Origin: an uncultured Gammaproteobacteria bacterium
GTDB taxonomy: Bacteria; Pseudomonadota; Gammaproteobacteria; Steroidobacterales; Rariloculaceae
Length of the DNA: 64,000 bases
Direction: 5' to 3'
Assembly: GCA_963714705.1 (NCBI GenBank)
Contig: CAVQPJ010000006.1
Location: forward strand, 109,845-173,844
The notes below the pieces were generated by a model that had not been told where the DNA came from, made no database searches, and saw only the letters and a list, made by a program, of their open reading frames with translations. Positions 60,138 to 64,000 of the stretch are shown here, in pieces (positions within the stretch are counted from its first letter, which is position 1; each line of letters starts with the position of its first letter). The position numbers and the translations under genes are program-made.

Positions 60138-62552
60138 CTAAGCGGTCATTCGATTCAAGCGGATCGTCAGGACGTTACAGTCGTCGACGCGAGCATAGCG
60201 GCAATCCTCGGCGAGCTCGCGAACGAGGTGAATGCCCAAGCCGCCGACGTCGCGGTCCGCAAGCTCGGCGTCGAGGTTCGGCGGCGCGCGCGAGAGCGGA
60301 TCGAACTCGGGGCCGTTGTCACGGATCGTCATCAGGATTTCGGCAGGCGTCAACTCGAGCTCCAACGACACGCGCGACGTGGCGTCACCTGCGCCCGCCG
60401 CTCGGACGATATTCGTCAGCAACTCCTCCGCAATCAGCTCGGTGTCGTCGATGCGGCTCGCAGCGACGCGACGAGCGGCGAGAATCGCACGGAGCCGTTG
60501 CCGCGCCTCGCGGACTCCGGCCGCCGAAATGTCGGGCTCGATGAGCCAGTGCTCGCCATCGGCGCGCCGGCTCGCGGTCACGCCGCGCGGCGCGAACGTG
60601 ACGGCGAGGACGGTCAAGTCATCGGTGGCATGGAAGTCGGCTGCGTGAGCCGTGACGGCCTCCACGAGGCGGCGTACGAGCGCCTCCGGCCCGTCGTCCT
60701 CTGCGCGGCCTTCCAATAGAGCGCTCAGGCGCTCGATCCCATACAGGGAGCCGTCGGCTGCCGCGGCCTCCGTGACGCCGTCCGTGAACAGCAAGACGGT
60801 ATCGCCCGGCGCCACGTAGCGCTCGGTCATCGGATACACCGCCGGCGTGTCGATCGCGAGCGCGGGGCCGTTGTCCGTGATCAGCAGCTCGACCCTGCCC
60901 CCGACCTCGAGCAGCAGCGGCGGCTCGTGACCGGCGCTCGCGTAGCGCAGCAATCCCGTGCCGACATCCAAGAAGCCGCAACCCATCGTCGCGAACATGC
61001 ACGCGTCGTTGCTCGCGGCGAGGCGCTCGTTGACTCGCGTAAGCACGCGCTCGGGAAGCTCGCCGGCCGAGCCCAAGACCTTGAACAGCCCCGACACGCT
61101 CGCCATGAAGAGCGCCGCGGGAATCCCTTTGTCCGAAACGTCCGCTACGGCAAACAGCAGGCCGCCCTCGCGCTCGAAGTAGTCGTAGAGGTCGCCGCCG
61201 ACCTGCCGCGCCGGCAACAAAGTAGCCGCGACTCGCGCGCCGACGGGATGCGCGTCCACAGCCCAATGCGGCAACATCGACTGCTGGATGCTCGCCGCGA
61301 TCTTGAGCTCGTTCTCGAGCCGCGCTCGCGCCGCAAGATCTTCCGCGCGCAGCGCGACGTGACGCTGCAGCGAATCGCGCATCCTGCGCAGCGCCTCCGT
61401 CAGCACTCCGACCTCGTCGTGTCGCTGGCCTTCCGGCAATCGAAAATCGAGATCGCCGTCGCGAGCTCCGTCGACGGCGCTCGCCAGCGCATGAATGGGG
61501 CGCGAGATGCCGGCCGCGACGAACGATATCGCGGCGATCAGGAGAACGAGCCCCGCAACCCCGAGCAGCAACTGCCGCTCGAGCAACGCGCGCGCTTCGG
61601 CGAGCAGCTCGGCGCGCGGAAGGACGAGGAGCAAGCGCCAATCGAGTGTCTTTAGCGCGCGCACGGCGAGATACGCGGGCTCTGCTGCGGCACCGTCGGG
61701 CAAGAGCCCGAACGTGACGTTGCTCGCGAGCATTCGTTCGCCGATGTCGCGAAACGCTTGACCGTCGATCGATGCGTCGAACCTCGCGGCGCGCTGCGTC
61801 GTAGCGCCGATCGGCGCGACGAACGACTCCGGGTCCGGCGGCGACATGAGCCAACCCATGCCGATCGCTCCCAACGGGGCGCTCTCGGCGGCCGCTCGAA
61901 CCCAGTTCAGATCGAGATCCGCCGTGACGACGCCGGCGAGCACGCGTTCGCTGTCCGCGGGGCGGCGAAAAAACGGCACCGAATACGTCACCATCCAGAT
62001 CTCGCCGCCGCCGGCGTCGAAATACGGCGGCGACCATACGGGCTCGAGCCCATCGGCCGCGCGGCGATACCAGGGCAGGCTTCGGTACGCATAGCTGTCG
62101 AGTGCGAGATCCGAGAACGCGATGGCTCCGTCGCGGCGAAAAAAGTACGGCGCGAACGGCCGAGCGCTCGAGTGTGCGCTGCCCGTTTCGACGGCGATCG
62201 TCGAGCCATACACCTCGGGCCACGCCGCCAGAATGCCGCGGATGTGCGGCTCGTACTGCTCGAGCGGCGGATCGATCTCCTCGAACTGCGCTGCCACGGT
62301 GCGAATGCCGCCCTCGATGGGGCGGATCACCGCATCGAGCTCGGCCGCGAGCTGCGAGGCGAGTTGGTCGGCATCGCGCTCGGCGCCGCCCTCGAGCCGC
62401 TCGGCCGCCGAACGATAAGATGTGTACATCGCAGCCGCGTAGATCGGCACGGCCACCGCGAGAATCGAAACGAGCATCCGGCCGCGAACGGTACGAAAGA
62501 CTGCAGGTGACGTTCGCGGCGCGCTACTCACTGGCGCCAATGCTGCTCTCAC
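60138..62552 (-). CDS. Membrane sensor: Cache, HAMP, SpoIIE/PP2C phosphatase and RsbW-type kinase domains
   Basis: PWY...WSPPYFD (dCache), DEVGVL (HAMP), VGGDLYD, DVSDKG, TDGVTEA, DDLT (PP2C), EELLTNIV, DNG.EFDP, GGLGIHLV (HATPase). Confidence 0.92.
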   Translation of the reverse strand: MRAALAPVSSAPRTSPAVFRTVRGRMLVSILAVAVPIYAAAMYTSYRSAAERLEGGAERDADQLASQLAAELDAVIRPIEGGIRTVAAQFEEIDPPLEQYEPHIRGILAAWPEVYGSTIAVETGSAHSSARPFAPYFFRRDGAIAFSDLALDSYAYRSLPWYRRAADGLEPVWSPPYFDAGGGEIWMVTYSVPFFRRPADSERVLAGVVTADLDLNWVRAAAESAPLGAIGMGWLMSPPDPESFVAPIGATTQRAARFDASIDGQAFRDIGERMLASNVTFGLLPDGAAAEPAYLAVRALKTLDWRLLLVLPRAELLAEARALLERQLLLGVAGLVLLIAAISFVAAGISRPIHALASAVDGARDGDLDFRLPEGQRHDEVGVLTEALRRMRDSLQRHVALRAEDLAARARLENELKIAASIQQSMLPHWAVDAHPVGARVAATLLPARQVGGDLYDYFEREGGLLFAVADVSDKGIPAALFMASVSGLFKVLGSAGELPERVLTRVNERLAASNDACMFATMGCGFLDVGTGLLRYASAGHEPPLLLEVGGRVELLITDNGPALAIDTPAVYPMTERYVAPGDTVLLFTDGVTEAAAADGSLYGIERLSALLEGRAEDDGPEALVRRLVEAVTAHAADFHATDDLTVLAVTFAPRGVTASRRADGEHWLIEPDISAAGVREARQRLRAILAARRVAASRIDDTELIAEELLTNIVRAAGAGDATSRVSLELELTPAEILMTIRDNGPEFDPLSRAPPNLDAELADRDVGGLGIHLVRELAEDCRYARVDDCNVLTIRLNRMTA

Positions 62553-62565
62553 GCGCAGCGTGAGT

Positions 62566-63390
62566 CTATGCGCGGCTCGACGTTTCCTTTGCGCCGCGCG
62601 ACAGCAGGGTCCCGTAACCGGGGGCTGCCCCGCTCATGCCGACGAGTCGCGCGCCGGCCCACAAGCCGTGCGGCATGCTCGAGATGACGGGGACGCCAAT
62701 GCGCGCCTCGAGCGGCGCGAGCAGCTCGAGCGTCCGGAAGCCGCCGCACGACAACAGCAGCGAGTCGGCATCGGGCGCCGTCGCGTGCACGCGTGCGCCG
62801 AACTCGAGCAAGTCGTTCTGCGTGACGCTGTCGACAGCCCCGATCGCCTCGAGGCCCATGCCCGTCACGACGATCGGCTCGAGATCGTGCTCGATCAGAA
62901 ACGCGCGCAAGCGCTCGTTGACGACGTCGTTGTAGGCCGTCGCGACAGCGACGCGCTTCGCGCCGAGCTCTTTCAGACCTTCGATGACGCCGTTGCTCAT
63001 CGTCGTCGCACGCAAGCCGGACGCGTCGACGACGGCCTGGCGCAACTTCTGGTTGAAGGCCTCGCCTTGATAGAAGGTCAGCGACGTGCCCGTGAGCTCG
63101 ATGGCTTCAGCGCCCGCCGCCGCAAGCTTCTCGGCTGCCGCGGGAATCCGCTCGATGACGGCGTTGAAGCCCTCCGGCGTCATCGCCTCGACGCCGAGGC
63201 CCGTGTAGACGTACCGCAAACGGTCGCCGTACATAGCGATTCCCTCTTCGGGAAGGCCGCGATTGAGTGGCGGCCAGATCAGCCCGAGCACCGGCACTTT
63301 GGCTTGCGCCATGGCTCCGCGGTCTCGCACTGCGGCCGCAGCCGCTACCGCTGCCAAGCCCCCGAGAACGGTTCGGCGTTTCGTCGTCAT
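62566..63390 (-). CDS. Arylmalonate decarboxylase-like protein (Asp/Glu racemase superfamily) with twin-arginine leader
   Basis: LTGTSLTFYQG and LLSCGG match the two active-site segments of AMDase (Gly at the first, Cys at the second); KRRTVL leader. Confidence 0.85.
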   Translation of the reverse strand: MTTKRRTVLGGLAAVAAAAAVRDRGAMAQAKVPVLGLIWPPLNRGLPEEGIAMYGDRLRYVYTGLGVEAMTPEGFNAVIERIPAAAEKLAAAGAEAIELTGTSLTFYQGEAFNQKLRQAVVDASGLRATTMSNGVIEGLKELGAKRVAVATAYNDVVNERLRAFLIEHDLEPIVVTGMGLEAIGAVDSVTQNDLLEFGARVHATAPDADSLLLSCGGFRTLELLAPLEARIGVPVISSMPHGLWAGARLVGMSGAAPGYGTLLSRGAKETSSRA

Positions 63391-63509
63391 CAGTCAGCCC
63401 CTCGGCGCAACCCAACTCTTGAGCACAAGGATAACCATGCCGGCCCGGCGAGACTAGCGACGCGGCACTTCAAGGGCTACCGTAGGCGCTGCCGATCTGG
63501 AGAAGTCTT

Positions 63510-64000
63510 ATGTCGCCAGGACCGTTCCGGTTCTACGGCCTCGCGCTCGCCGCGGTTTGCTTCGACGCGCATGCGCACCACTCGTACGCCGAGTACGACG
63601 ACTCTCGGATGGTCGAGATCGAAGGAACGCTCGTGCGGGCGGCGATGCAGAACCCTCACGCGCGCTTCTACGTGGAGGGTGTCGACGCCAACGGTCGCGC
63701 GATCACGTGGAATCTAGAGTCCACGAGCCTGAACTGGCTGCAACGCTTGCAGGTGCCGCCCGAGTCGTTCGGCGAAGGAAGCCGAGTCAAGTTCGCCGGC
63801 TGGCCCTCGAAGCGCTCGTCCGAACGCATTTACGCGCTGAACATGCTTGCGGCCGACGGTCAGGAGATTCTGCTGTTTCGCACGGCGGAGCCGCGCTGGC
63901 GCAAAAAGACGATGGGCTTCGGCGCCGAGAACGCGCAGTCGTTCTACTCGCAAGGCGTCGCCAGCGACACGGTCTCGCTGTTTCGCGTGTGGGCAGCCGT
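63510..64000 (+). CDS. DUF6152-domain secreted protein, probably a fusion like 48952 (runs off the window)
   Basis: Manual translation: MSPGPFRFYGLALAAVCFDAHA-HHSYAEYD...MQNPHARF...ILLFRTAEPRW...SLFRVW; open to the window end. Confidence 0.85.
   Translation, partial: MSPGPFRFYGLALAAVCFDAHAHHSYAEYDDSRMVEIEGTLVRAAMQNPHARFYVEGVDANGRAITWNLESTSLNWLQRLQVPPESFGEGSRVKFAGWPSKRSSERIYALNMLAADGQEILLFRTAEPRWRKKTMGFGAENAQSFYSQGVASDTVSLFRVWAA

Overview
High-GC bacterial chromosomal segment with no rRNA, tRNA or CRISPR seen. Gene content suggests a soil or sediment Gammaproteobacterium, which is inference only. It is dominated by periplasmic and redox genes: three PQQ beta-propeller dehydrogenases (two with an N-terminal cytochrome c), a molybdo-hydroxylase pair, a VAO-family flavoprotein, a DUF1592/DUF1552/ankyrin triad and several DUF6152 or 'WxGD/NT(L/F)V' secreted proteins. 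It also carries a complete bufferin-type RiPP locus (ECF sigma/NrsF divergent from DUF2282-DUF692-DUF2063-DoxX, with an exact GTAACC-N16-CGAA promoter), a VapBC toxin-antitoxin pair, a divergent citrate synthase / HTH-citrate synthase pair and a partner-switching module. Many genes carry single-base frameshifts that look like long-read indel errors. Several intergenic gaps hold short relics of other genes (IS91 transposase, tannase, porin, peroxidase). The most unusual signals are five: (i) a structured, RBS-sequestering 5' leader ahead of an ankyrin protein with a small basic N-terminal domain; (ii) a DUF6152 (predicted mature N-terminus His-His) plus partner-domain module found split, fused and repeated; (iii) a 69-aa stand-alone GyrA-like winged-helix protein behind a retropepsin-like protease; (iv) a 54-bp dispersed repeat and REP-like inverted repeats between convergent genes; (v) a 17-bp, 11-bp-periodic motif shared by two distant promoter regions.
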